Of a stretch of DNA of 64,000 nucleotides, positions 42,920 to 53,773 are shown in pieces. How positions within the stretch are numbered: the first letter of the stretch is position 1; every line of letters begins with the position of its first letter. A program made the position numbers and the translations under genes. This DNA comes from Patescibacteria group bacterium (GTDB lineage: Bacteria; Patescibacteriota; Gracilibacteria; BD1-5; UBA2023): contig JBAQBR010000002.1 in assembly GCA_049293675.1 (NCBI GenBank), positions 214,040-278,039 on the forward strand. Reading direction: 5' to 3'. The notes under the pieces were generated by a model. That model was not told the DNA's origin and did not search any database. It was given only the letters and a program-made list of their open reading frames with translations.

Positions 42920-43351
42920 TTAAGAATGAAATGGTAAAGAGAGCTGTTCTTCAGGGATTCTTGCCACAATCTTCATATATGCTTGAAGAAAGTGTACTTT
43001 TGTACTTGTTTTATCTAATTCGTATTCATCGAATAATTCTCTGAGTTTTTTCTGAAATTCTTCAGAATCACGGTGTTTGTAGACTCTACTGAGTGTATTC
43101 TTCAGGATTCATTTCCATTCTGTATCATTTTTCTGTAGTTCTTCTTGCATCTGAGCTACACTTCATAGTTTTGCAAGAATTCTTTTCCTACATTTTTCAT
43201 ACAGGTCTCATACTTTTTTATTTTCTCAGAGACGCTCTCTGTAAGTGATATACCTTCAGATATCTCGTTTGATGGATCATGCAATCTGTACTATTTTATT
43301 GGCAATGATATGTTCTTCTGCCCCTGGAAGATATCTTATGGTCTCATTCAT
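42920..43351 (-). CDS. hypothetical protein (143 aa)
   Basis: I checked the frame codon by codon. ATG 43351 to TAA 42920, with TGA as sense. Confidence 0.45.
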
Positions 43352-43451
43352 AAGTAGTACAGTAAAAAAATATAAATCTAGTATACTTAATTGCAAAATA
43401 TTGCAACACTAACTAACATAAATCTCGAACAAAATCCCATATAATCTATTA

Positions 43452-45443
43452 TTATAATACTTTCTTTCACTTCATCCACTCTTCGATATCTTGCCGTATC
43501 TCTGCTATGAGATCTGTATCTCTGAGGTCTGCGAAGTGGAAGTCTGGAACACCAGATTGGCGTACTCCGTAGACTTCACCAGGTCATCTGAGATCCAAGT
43601 CTATCTGCGCAAGCTCGAATCCATCATTGGTCTTCTCCATAGCCTTGAGACGATCACTTTTGTACTCCTTGGTCGTGAATAGGTAGCAGTATGACTGATG
43701 ATTGCCACGACCGACACGTCCACGGAACTGGTGGAGCTGAGAGAGTCCGAACCGCTCAGAAGCTTCGATACAGATAACGGTAGCATTGGGATTGTTGACT
43801 CATACCTCGACTACAGAGGTTGAGGAGAGTATATGTATCTTGTTCTCATAGAACTCTTGCATGATACGGTCTTTTTCTTTTCCTGTCATCTTGCCATGGA
43901 TGAGTCCGATAGTGAGGTGAGGAAATATACCTGAAAGTATCTCTTGCATATTGGTGGCTGAGGCGATATCAAGCGTCTCTGACTCCTCAACCAGTGGAGA
44001 TATCCAGTAGACCTGACGCCCACTCTTAACCTCTTCATCTATCCAATTGTATATTGCTCCGCGCTGTTCCTCCTTGACCACTCGTGTATGTATCGGGAGT
44101 CTTCCTGCTGGGTACTCATCAAGGACGGAGATATCTTGATCGCCATAGAGTGTGAGTGCGAGTGAGCGGGGAATCGGTGTTGCTGACATATTGAGGCGGT
44201 GTGGCTTGATAGATCAGGCACTACAATACTCTTCCAGTGCCTTGCGTTGCTCGACTCAGAATCGGTGTTGCTCATCCACCACAACAAAACCGAGCCCAGC
44301 GAATTGGACTGAATCCTGTATCAGTGCATGTGTCCCGAATATGATATCTGTCTCGCCGGACTTGAGTCTCGCTCGGGCATCTTCCTTCATCCGCGGTGTG
44401 ATAGAACCAACGAGGAGATCAGACTGGATTCACCACTGCATGAGCCAAGCCTCCTGTCCTGTGAAGTGCTGACGCGCAAGTATCTCGGTTGGTGCCATGA
44501 TGGCAACTTGGAGACGGATGTCTTTTTTCCTCCTTACCAATATTGCATGCACACTCGCGAGCATCGCGACAACAGTCTTACCAGTTCCGACGTCTCCCTG
44601 CAACATACGTGCCATCGCGTGTAGCCGTTCCATGTCTTTGAGTATCTGGAAGAGGACAATCTTTTGCTTATTCGTGAGAGGAAAAGGAAGCGACTCAATC
44701 AGTGACTTCATGAGTTCTGTATCGAGTGCTATCTGCGGTGCGAGTCCTGTTGATTCTGCTTCGAGGGCGTATTTTTTCTCTATACCTCGCTTCTGGAAGT
44801 GATAGAGTTCCTCGTATCCGAGTTCTGCTCGAGCTCTGTTCCAGTCTTCGAGGCTCGCTGGAAAGTGGATTGCCATGATATTCTCAACTCGACTGCGCAT
44901 TCACTTCTTCGTGCGTATGTCAGCAGGGATGCTGCTTTTTACCTCTGCGATGACATGACGGATGAGGGATATCTTCTCGCGTATCCATGTGCCAGGGATA
45001 TAGTTGAGATCAGAGTACACAGGTACGATCTCCCGACGTGTTGCCTTCGGATGCTCTATCTCTGCATTCGGAAAAGAGAGACGACCGTATTCGTATTTGG
45101 GTTGGCTGTATATGAGCACCGTATCACCTGATGCGAATTGTTGCAACAGGTATTTTCTATTGAACCAGACAGCTTCTGCGTATGAACCATCAGCATCGAC
45201 GAGGACTGCTTTGATAAGGAGTTTCTTGTTCCGAGTCATCTCACTTGTGAGGAGCTCTATCTTACATTGGACAACCTGCTTCTCTGTGATAGTGAGAGTC
45301 GAAAATCTCGTTGCAACATCACTCTTGTCTTCGACATCACGCGGAAAATACTCGATGAGCTGTTCGGCAGTCTCGATTCATGCTTCACGGAGTTTTTTTA
45401 TATAGACGTCCGTGGTATGGAGGAGTGACTTAGTGAGGAACAA
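43452..45443 (-). CDS. recG: ATP-dependent DNA helicase RecG
   Basis: Track ORFs 44901..45239, 44430..44900 and 43800..44189 share one frame. Wedge/OB N-terminus, GDVGTGKT, DEQHRFG and QLHQFRGRVGRG. Probable TTG start at 45443. Confidence 0.9.
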
Positions 45444-45508
45444 GTGTGAGATCTTAGGATTTAGAACTTAGGCATTAGGGTAACAAAAAATCCCAAAAAA
45501 ACAAGGCA

Positions 45509-45536
45509 AGAAAAAACCGCCCAGTGTTAGGCGGTT
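45509..45536 (-). terminator. rho-independent terminator
   Basis: AACCGCC-N8-GGCGGTT hairpin with a minus-strand T-run. The loop contains the stop codon of the upstream gene. Confidence 0.7.
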
Positions 45537-45964
45537 CGAGTAGTATCTTCTAGCTCACTCAGAGCAATTTTTGTTTTTTTGTTAATAGCTTCCTTTTTTC
45601 ATATTTCTTGCAAGATGACGTTGAAGAGTCATCGTGTTTCAGGATTCATGCTCTGGATATGTGGAGCAAGACTGGAGAATTCAGTTGGAGTAAGTGTGGA
45701 TATGCGCCTGTCATATGTTACGGGGAGTTCCATATTTTTGCCATTGTACATGAATCGTACAAGCATCTTTCATCACATATCTGACTTTGACTCATGAAAT
45801 ACTTGCATGCCAGTTATAGCTGGATAGTTTGCTTGGATAATGGTTTTCATCCATTCCGTACCGTTTTTAGCATTATCTTGATATTCTTTGTATCATTTTG
45901 GTGCCGCAGAGAGTCCATCGATATCTTGAGGGACTTCCATTCATGCTTGGAATATTTCTGACAT
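45527..45964 (-). CDS. hypothetical protein (145 aa)
   Basis: I checked the frame codon by codon. ATG 45964 to TAA 45527, with TGA as sense. Confidence 0.45.
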
Positions 45965-45987
45965 ATGTGTGTTGTTAAGTGTTGAGT

Positions 45988-46326
45988 TTATGCTGCTAAA
46001 AGTTGCTTTCGTTCTACCTTGAATCTCGTAGGATGCTGTTGTCCCTCGCGGTGGATCTCGAGATGAGAGTCACTTGTGAGGACAATCTTGCAATCAGAGA
46101 GTGACTTCGCCATGATATGGATACCAAAGTGGTGGATGCCGAAGTGTTCTGCTATCTGTTCGATAGAGGTCTCAGCCTCGACAGCGAGTTCCTGCACTGC
46201 GAAGAGTGCCTCGTTCGTTGCTATTGCAAATTGTTCGATAACATTGGCCGCATGCCACTGAGGGAGTTCCTCACCATCATGATGGAGAGCAAGTGTTGAC
46301 GTACTAGGTGCTTCGTATGAGAACAT
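45988..46326 (-). CDS. hypothetical protein (112 aa)
   Basis: Uninterrupted track ORF. Confidence 0.5.
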   Translation of the reverse strand: MFSYEAPSTSTLALHHDGEELPQWHAANVIEQFAIATNEALFAVQELAVEAETSIEQIAEHFGIHHFGIHIMAKSLSDCKIVLTSDSHLEIHREGQQHPTRFKVERKQLLAA

Positions 46327-46374
46327 ATGATAAAATTAAAATTACCAAATCATCTTCTCACAATTGATTTTATT

Positions 46375-46404
46375 TTGCAAATATTTGCATGAGTTTTTTA
46401 TACA
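46375..46404 (+). promoter_or_regulatory. putative glyQS promoter
   Basis: TTGCAA-N18-TATACA. The -35 element lies inside the perfect 14-bp palindrome TGCAAATATTTGCA (46376..46389). Confidence 0.3.
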
Positions 46405-46450
46405 AATTCTTTGCAATTTCTTCACACGTGTGTATACTTCGACTATATTC

Positions 46451-46600
46451 AGTTTTTCAGTGACTCGGGAGTGGCGTCCTGATGAGAAAAACTAAATACA
46501 ATGAAGTTGTCCTACAACTGTAGGAAACTTGGGTGGAACCGTTCTATGATAACTCTAGAACCCCAAGGAAACATTTTGTTTTCTCGGGGTTTTTATTTTC
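46451..46600 (+). promoter_or_regulatory. T-box riboswitch leader (glycine), transcription-attenuation type
   Basis: T-box sequence CTTGGGTGGAACCGTTC. Antiterminator: CTTGGG / bulge TGGAACC / GTTCTA-loop-TAGAAC / CCCAAG. It competes with a 14-bp terminator at 46559..46591 followed by a U-tract. A K-turn plus short Stem I sits at 46451..46493 with GGC in the loop. Confidence 0.7.
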
Positions 46601-46634
46601 CCCCTGAGGCATATTTTCTAACTTCTTTTTTATT

Positions 46635-48065
46635 ATGGCTGATATGCAAACACTCGTCACCTTTGCGAAGACAAAGGGTTTCGTCTATCCAGGATCAGAT
46701 ATCTATGGTGGACTTGCAAACTCATGGGACTATGGACCACTTGGTTCTGTGATGAAAGAAAATATCAAAAATCTCTGGATCAAAAACTTCGTCCAGAAGC
46801 GAAGAGACATGACTCTCCTCGATGCAGCTATCCTCATGAATCCTCAAGTTTGGGTTGCATCAGGACATGTTGGAGGATTCTCTGACCCACTTATTGATGA
46901 TAAAAAAACTGGAGAACGATTCCGCGCAGATAAGCTCCTCGAAGATCTCATCGAAAATATGGGTACAGATGCAGAATCACTGAAAGCAAAATATAATCTA
47001 GTAAACCTCGTTCCAGAATCTTGGTCTCTCGAAAGGCAAACTGCAGTAATGCGTGGTGAAAGTGTCAAGAATCCAAATACTGGAGAAGCAGGTGATTGGA
47101 CTGATGCAAAAAAATTCAACCTCATGTTCCGTACATTTCAGGGTGTAACAGAGGATTCAAGTGCTACTATCTACATGCGTCCTGAGACTGCACAGGGAAT
47201 ATTTGTGAACTTTGCCAATATTGCTCGAAGTTCTCGCAAGAAGGTTCCATTCGGTGTAGCTCAAGTTGGTAAAGCATTCCGCAATGAGATTACTCCAGGG
47301 AATTTTATCTTCCGAACTCGTGAATTCGAACAGATGGAGATAGAGTATTTTGTAGAGCCTGAGGCAGTTGCTCCAGGAAAACATCTTGAGATGCATGCTC
47401 AATGGAAAGCAGAGTGTAAGAGATTCCTTATCCAAGATATCGGCATCAAGGAAGAATCACTCCGTCTCCGTGACCACGAAAAAGAAGAACTCTCACATTA
47501 CTCAGCAGCGACGACAGATATCGAGTTCAAGTTTCCATTCGGTTGGGGAGAGCTCTGGGGAATTGCTGATCGTACGGATTTTGACCTCAAGGCTCACATG
47601 GCAGAGTCAAAACAAGATCTCTCGTACTTTGATCCATACACCAATACAAAATATATCCCATACGTTATCGAACCGTCTGTTGGACTTACTCGACTCTTTC
47701 TCGCAACTCTTGCGAATGCCTACGATGAGGTAATAACTGAGGAGGGAAGTCGTGTGGTCATGAGATTCACTCCTGCAGTTGCACCAATCAAGGTTGGTAT
47801 CTATCCACTCGTGAAGAAGTTCGCAGCTCAAGCAGAGGAACTCTTTGCACGACTATCTCCTGAGTTCATGTGTGACTACGATGAGTCAGGAACTATTGGT
47901 AAGCGCTATGCTCGTGCAGATGAGACAGGTATACCATACTCAATCTGTGTCGAGCCTGAGAACTATGAACAAGGACAGGTCACAGTACGCGATAGAGATA
48001 GCGGAGAACAAGAAGTGGTGAAGCTCGGTGATCTCGTAACTTGGCTCAAAAATAAAGGTTGCTAA
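46635..48065 (+). CDS. glyQS: glycine--tRNA ligase (alpha2 type)
   Basis: Uninterrupted 476-aa ORF with class II aaRS motifs and a GlyRS N-terminus (GFVYPGSDIYGGLANSWDYGPLG). No TGA. Confidence 0.95.
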   Translation: MADMQTLVTFAKTKGFVYPGSDIYGGLANSWDYGPLGSVMKENIKNLWIKNFVQKRRDMTLLDAAILMNPQVWVASGHVGGFSDPLIDDKKTGERFRADKLLEDLIENMGTDAESLKAKYNLVNLVPESWSLERQTAVMRGESVKNPNTGEAGDWTDAKKFNLMFRTFQGVTEDSSATIYMRPETAQGIFVNFANIARSSRKKVPFGVAQVGKAFRNEITPGNFIFRTREFEQMEIEYFVEPEAVAPGKHLEMHAQWKAECKRFLIQDIGIKEESLRLRDHEKEELSHYSAATTDIEFKFPFGWGELWGIADRTDFDLKAHMAESKQDLSYFDPYTNTKYIPYVIEPSVGLTRLFLATLANAYDEVITEEGSRVVMRFTPAVAPIKVGIYPLVKKFAAQAEELFARLSPEFMCDYDESGTIGKRYARADETGIPYSICVEPENYEQGQVTVRDRDSGEQEVVKLGDLVTWLKNKGC

Positions 48066-48102
48066 GATTAAATATTTATATAATATATAGAAATATTTAA
48101 TC
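48066..48102 (+). terminator. AT-only 12-bp hairpin (possible terminator)
   Basis: GATTAAATATTT-N13-AAATATTTAATC directly after the glyQS stop codon. There is no clean U-tract. Confidence 0.4.
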
Positions 48103-48118
48103 TCTAAGTTTTATCTAT

Positions 48119-48430
48119 ATGGCATACAGGGACGCTTTTGATGCAATAGTTACCTCAACAAGAGAATGATTTGATCTTTCTTCTAATCAACTTCCTAGGT
48201 TTTCTTTATTTAGATGAAAGAAACGAAACTGACTTGATGATGTTTATGCTGCTGTTTTTTGAGCACAGACAGGCATGGCAGTTACCCTTGCTCATGGTAT
48301 GCTTTCGGGCTCAATAGCTGACGTTGGTTCACAGATAGCAAATGTTACGCTTGTTACATCTGCTGCAGGGATTGTTTTAAATAGGGTAGTAGCATGATAT
48401 AGAAAGGCTATGTCTGAAAATCTCGCTTAG
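48119..48430 (+). CDS. hypothetical protein (103 aa)
   Basis: ATG to TAG with TGA as sense. A terminator follows. Confidence 0.4.
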
Positions 48431-48436
48431 ACAACT

Positions 48437-48464
48437 AATCCCTTGTAATACAGGGGATTTTTTA
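48437..48464 (+). terminator. rho-independent terminator
   Basis: AATCCCTTG-TAATA-CAGGGGATT hairpin followed by a T-run. It is nearly identical to the terminator at 48801. Confidence 0.75.
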
Positions 48465-48553
48465 TGGATTGATATTTGTCTTAACTTATAGAAAAAAAGT
48501 TTGCTAAAGATCATACTTTATATACTATTATCACATAAATAATCTTTCAAAAT

Positions 48554-48796
48554 ATGATAGATAGACTCAAGGAACTACATGCCCAATGAGCAGATGTCGC
48601 ATGAACAGGTACAAATGCTGTCATTATAACTGTATGATTTGGTGTATGATGTCTATTGGGTAATGAATTATCCCAGAAGCTTGGAATTGATAATTGATCA
48701 ATAATGGTATTAGGTGCTTCAGTATGAGGTATGATGTCAATGGTATCTCATCGTATACTCGCATGAATCAAAAAAGAGAAATCAATGAATTCGTAA
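48554..48796 (+). CDS. small Gly-rich membrane protein (80 aa)
   Basis: ATG to TAA with 9 TGA codons. Two hydrophobic segments. A terminator follows. Confidence 0.4.
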
Positions 48797-48800
48797 GAAC

Positions 48801-48828
48801 AAATCCCTTGTATTACAAGGGATTTTTT
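48801..48828 (+). terminator. rho-independent terminator
   Basis: AAATCCCTTG-TATTA-CAAGGGATTT hairpin followed by a T-run. Confidence 0.8.
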
Positions 48829-48864
48829 ATACAATCGATTCACTTATTTTCCCTCACTTTTCTT

Positions 48865-49476
48865 ATGTTTTCTCAGATTACAGATACAGTTCTTGGATTC
48901 TTTGCTGACCTCGGATACGTTGGGATATTTGCGATGATGACGATTGAATCGAGCTTTATCCCTTTTCCATCCGAGGTTGCGATGATACCCGCAGGTGCAC
49001 TCGTGCAGAGGGGAGAGATGAGTTTCCTCTTAGTCCTCCTCGCTGGTACGGCAGGTGCATATCTTGGTTCTGTTATCAACTATATACTCGGCCGCTATCT
49101 TGGTTGACCAGTTGTGAAGACCCTCATTCACAAATACGGAAAGTATATTTTTCTCAATGAGTCCCACTATCTGCAGGCAGAGAAGTTCTTCCAGGAAAAA
49201 GGTGCCATCACGACATTCTTCGGACGATTCATCCCAGCAGTCAGACAACTCATCTCGATACCTGCATGAGTATTTCGGATGAACTTTGCAGTATTCTCTC
49301 TCTGGACGATACTTGGTGCAGGTATCTGGAATCTCATCCTCATCGCGATAGGATACTATGCATCAGACAAGCAAGATGTAATACTCCACTATATCAAGGA
49401 GATTGTTATCTGATTACTTCTCATTGTAATACTCTATCTCGGATATAAGTGGTACAAGAAATCTCATAAAAAATAA
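48865..49476 (+). CDS. DedA-family membrane protein (second copy)
   Basis: The frame of track ORF 48694..49107 starting from ATG 48865, continued through TGA. Motifs ESSFIPFPSEV and FGRFIPAVRQLISIPAG. Confidence 0.75.
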
Positions 49477-49478
49477 TC

Positions 49479-50354
49479 ATGGAACTCTGGATAATATATG
49501 CAATTATTGCATCAGTATCGATTGGCATTAATTGATTTCTCACAAAAGTAATTTCAGATAGAAATATCGATGGAGCAATGTTAACTTTTATGCAAGGACT
49601 TGTTTATTTCTTAGTAGGACTAGGACAGAGCCTGATTTTTTGATTGAAGTTATTTTCGTCGGAGGATTTGTTTATTATTGGTTTATCAATCTTAATTGCC
49701 ATAATAATTTTTCTCAATCTAAGATTTCGTATTAAGGCATTAAAATACCTTTCAACTTCAGAATACTTTATATGATATCGTATATTTACCACAATTACAC
49801 TTTTGATTGTTGGTATTATTTTTCTTTCAGAAACTATTACTGGTTATCAAATATTCTGACTCATTTTATGAAGTTTTGCAATCATATTTCTATTTGAAGA
49901 GGATAAAAAGCTCAGGACTTCACGTAATTGGAATAGGGCAATGCTGTATCTTCTCTTAAGCATCACTGCTGGCTGATCAATACAGATAATTGCCAAAGTA
50001 CAATGAATTGATGATTTCCCATACTCGAGTATGTTATTTTATCAAGGTATGGTGATGTTATCGATATCTGCAATATTTGATAGAAAGATTGTAATGGAGA
50101 ATGTTGTGTCTCTCGGTAAGAATAGAAAAACTTTATTGATAACCCTTATTGCGTGTTTGTTTGTATATGTTGCAGCGTCATTTAATATCCTTGCGTACAA
50201 GTTCTGATGAAGTGTGAGTATAGTCACAAAGATTATGGCATATTCACTATTTGTATCTATAGGACTCTCTATCTTACTCTGAAGGGAAAGAATGAGTTAT
50301 AAAAAATGAATTGCCTTCATCCTCACTATCGTCAGTATCTATTATCTTAACTAA
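49479..50354 (+). CDS. multi-pass membrane protein (EamA/DMT-like)
   Basis: 291 codons with about 10 hydrophobic segments and TGA as sense. It starts 3 nt after the DedA stop codon. Confidence 0.5.
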
Positions 50355-50355
50355 T

Positions 50356-50601
50356 ATGCAACTCTCAGAACTCAGACAACACATCACATCTGTAGACTCC
50401 GAACTCCTTCGTCTCCTCGATGAGCGCATGCAACTTGCGGAGTGAGTCGCAGCATACAAGAGGGAACATGGACTTCCAGTATTTGATGCTGTTCGTGAGG
50501 CAGAGATCCTCGCAAAAATCCCTGAAGGTTACAGGGATATATGGAAGGAGATTATGGGTGCATCCAAGAAGGTACAAGAAGATTATCTTAAAGAAGTTTA
50601 A
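50356..50601 (+). CDS. AroQ-class chorismate mutase (81 aa)
   Basis: LRQHITSVDSELLRLLDERMQLAEGVAAYK...DAVREAEIL matches the CM_2 pattern. One TGA. Confidence 0.65.
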
Positions 50602-52676
50602 TTTGCCTGTTTTATCGAGAGTTGTATCTTTCCTGTTTCCTTATCTATGCTCGTGACTTTGACACGGACTTTTTGTCCGACTTCGAGGACTTCCTTGGGG
50701 TCGCGGATATAGCGGTCGACGATCTCTGAGATATGGACGAGTCCGTCGTTCTTGAGGCCAACATCGACAAAAGCTCCGAATGCAACCACATTGCGCACAA
50801 CACCATCGAGGATATCTCCAACTCAGACTGTTTCGAGTGTGAGTTTTCGCGTGCTAACCATAGCCGTACTCTCGGTACGTGGGTCACGTCCGAGGGATTC
50901 GTATGACTTCCATATGAATTCAACTACTCATGCGCTCACATCTGGATAGAGGGTTTTGAGTTTTGACTCATGTTGCGAGTATTCGTTAGAAGTTATCTTC
51001 TCGCTTATCAGTGTATGTGCGAGTTCGTATTGGTCTGGGTGGATATCAGTATTATCGAGTAGTTCTGGACTCTCTGGTACACGGAGGAATCCTATGGCTT
51101 GTTCGTATGACTTCTCACCGAGTACTTTTTTGATACTTTTTCGTGAATGATAGGGTCTATTCTCTGAGAGTTTCTGTGCTGACTTTTTATTCAACCCTGA
51201 GATATACGTGAGGACAAAAGCAGAAGCACTATTCACATTGACTCCTACAGCATTCACAACATCTTCGATGACATATCCGAGTTTTTCGGATAATATCTTT
51301 TCGCTGACATCATGCTGATACATCCCGACTCAGATACTCTGTGGTGGGATCTTCACGAGTTCAGAGAGAGGGTCAATATACCGACGACCGATAGAGATAG
51401 TTCCACGGTCGGTGACATCGAGAGCCGGGAATTCACTACTTGCAACGTCCGACGCTGAGTAGACTGACGCTCACGCCTCGCTCACAACATAGGTTGGTAT
51501 GCTCGCAAGACATGAAGTGAGGAGCTCTATAGTCTCCCCTGATCCTGTACCATTACCGACGACGATGACTTCGACTGCGTGCTTCTCGGCTATCTTCACG
51601 AGCTTGTCTCTCGCTTCACGTTCGGTATCGAGATATATCTTATCGAACGCGACAGGATTCCCGAGAGTATCGAGTATTGCGAGCTTACATCCTGTTCGGA
51701 ATCCTGGATCGATAGCGAGTATCTTTTTTCCATATTCAGGCTTGGTCATGAGGAGACTCCTGAGATTCTGAGAAAATGTTGCTACAGCATCGAGTTCACC
51801 GAGTTCTGTGAGATTTCCACGGATTTCGTTTTCTACTGATTCATACAGTGTCTTGTATCCGAGGGTGATGGCACGGAGGTATGTCTCAATTGGCTTGGTA
51901 CGGATAATCTCACGGACGAATTCTTCGAATACTTCTTCATCTACATCGAGAGATACAGAGAGGATTCCGAGACTCTCTCCACGACCCAGGGCGAGTATCT
52001 GGTAGGGTTTGAGGATCGATACTTTGCGAGAGAACTCTGCATATGTGTCGAATTTGTAGATTTGTTTTTTTGCATTTGGTTCGAGTTTTTCGAGCATCTT
52101 TTCAGATTTTTTCTTGGAATTGACGACCCCAGTTTTCTCGATAGATACCGTGATAAGGTGACGTAAGTCTGTATCTATGACTATCTCTGCAGCGATGATC
52201 TCAACGACACCGTCGAGTATCTCTTCTTCACTGTAGTTCTTTAGGAGCTCTTCGGGGATCTGTATGGCATTATTTTTCCTCAGGTATTCAGCTACGACTC
52301 CGAATCCCTTCTCAAGTGCGATCATGGCCTTGGTCTTGCGCTTGAGTCTGTAGGGCTTGTATATCTCCTCGACAGCCTTCAGTGTCTCGCAAGCGATGAT
52401 ACTTGCCTCGAGTTCTGGAGTCAGTTTCCCTTGTTCAGATATTCCGTTAATTGCGGTGACTTTTGCCTTGTAGAGTGACTCTATCTTGCCTTGGAGTTCG
52501 ATGATGTCGCGGATTTCTTTTTCGTCGAGATTACCGGTTGCTTCCTTGCGATATCGCGCGATAAAAGGTACAGTTGATCCCTCGGCTGTGAGTGAAAGTA
52601 CAGCTTCTGTTTGGAATTTTTTGAGTTCAAGTGTGGAGGATATCTCATCTATATAGTTGGGTTCGAGGAGGGGCAT
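50598..52676 (-). CDS. tex: Tex-like transcription accessory protein (S1 domain)
   Basis: Track ORFs 51471..52736, 50928..51323 and 50598..50798 share one frame. Tex N-terminus (FIARYRKE), YqgF-like and HhH regions, and a C-terminal S1 domain. I chose ATG 52676 as the start. Confidence 0.85.
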
Positions 52677-52795
52677 GAGAGGAAAATTACGAATTATAAG
52701 ATGAAAGAAGTATAGAAGACTATGGCAAATATACAAGGAAAATATTGATTTAGGTGAGCTTTTCTCTAATATTCTTGTATCATAATCTTTGACTC

Positions 52796-53407
52796 ATGAA
52801 AACACTTATTTTTGTACATGGTTGAATGTCTTTTGCTACAAGGGAAGAGTATCTTGATTGGTTAAAAAAAGACTACGTGAACTGGATTGCGGATGAATGG
52901 AAACCCTCTGAGAAAAAATGGAAGCCGACTATTGCGGAGAGATTCGTCTCTCTATGAGGAAGGGTCTTTATGCCTCAGATGCCATCCGATCTCAATGCAA
53001 AATACAATGAGTGGCTCATAACTTTCAATGGACTTCTCTCTACACTTGAAGTTGATAGCGAGATTATTTTCGTCTGACACTCCCTTGGTGGATGTTTTCT
53101 TCTCAAGTATTTTTCTGAAGTAGAAAAGTTTGATTATAAAATCAACCAGATTCATCTCCTCGCAGCATGTATATCTGAGTGAGATTTTACCCCGCCTAAT
53201 AATTACGAATATTTGCAAAAGCTCGAAAATCGAGTCCATATATGGCATGCAGAAGATGATGCAATTGTGCCATTTTCAGTTGGAGAGCAACTCGCACAGA
53301 CTCTTCCTGCAGCGCAGACACATTTTTTCTCCAGTGAAAAATGATATGGACACTTCCATAGAGCTGAGAGTATTCCAGAAGTTGAAGAAGTGATATTTTG
53401 AAAGTAG
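52796..53407 (+). CDS. alpha/beta serine hydrolase (YdeN/RBBP9-like)
   Basis: Nucleophile elbow GHSLGG, with the first G encoded by TGA. The N-terminus reads IFVHGG. 203 aa. Confidence 0.6.
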
Positions 53408-53409
53408 TA

Positions 53410-53437
53410 TTGACTAGTATTTATTATTTAGTATATA
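53410..53437 (+). promoter_or_regulatory. sigma70-like promoter
   Basis: TTGACT-N16-TATATA, 25 nt upstream of ATG 53462. Confidence 0.4.
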
Positions 53438-53461
53438 TAAAATATACTAAATAAATTAATT

Positions 53462-53749
53462 ATGTCACTTCAAGCACAATATTTTGAAAAAACTACTATC
53501 CTTAGTCAGGAAACACAATGAGATTTTGTTCATATCTATCCTCAAGGATGACGGGTTTATCTTGACCAGATTGTACTTACAACAAAAGACTGAAGACTAA
53601 CTACGATTGTTAGAGAATCTAGTTACTCAACAATACGAGATTATTACAAAAGGATTAAAGATTTACTCGATTCAGAGTTAGAATATGAAATCACTAATGG
53701 TGTTCTTCCAGAAGAACTTTCCTCTTGCAAAAACCGAGTTTCCATATAA
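53462..53749 (+). CDS. hypothetical protein (95 aa)
   Basis: ATG to TAA with 3 TGA codons. It directly precedes the Hsp20 gene. Confidence 0.4.
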
Positions 53750-53773
53750 GATAGTGGCAACTTTTTCACCACT

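Noticed and set aside
46376-46389. The recurrent TGCAAAT/ATTTGCA words (4941, 5567, 23604, 32050, 34078, 39174, 46376) could be a dedicated regulator site.
   Set aside because: The count is close to chance expectation for a 7-mer in AT-rich DNA. In several cases the word coincides with a plausible -35 variant (TTGCAA or TTGCAT). Only the 14-bp perfect palindrome at 46376 and the zur-proximal repeat stand out.
46502-46504. UGA followed by A at 46502..46505 could be the T-box specifier codon, meaning a T-box that senses the recoded tRNA.
   Set aside because: It is not presented in a loop of a helix with a K-turn at its base. The GGC at 46473..46475 is. The UGA idea is attractive but unsupported by the fold that I can draw.
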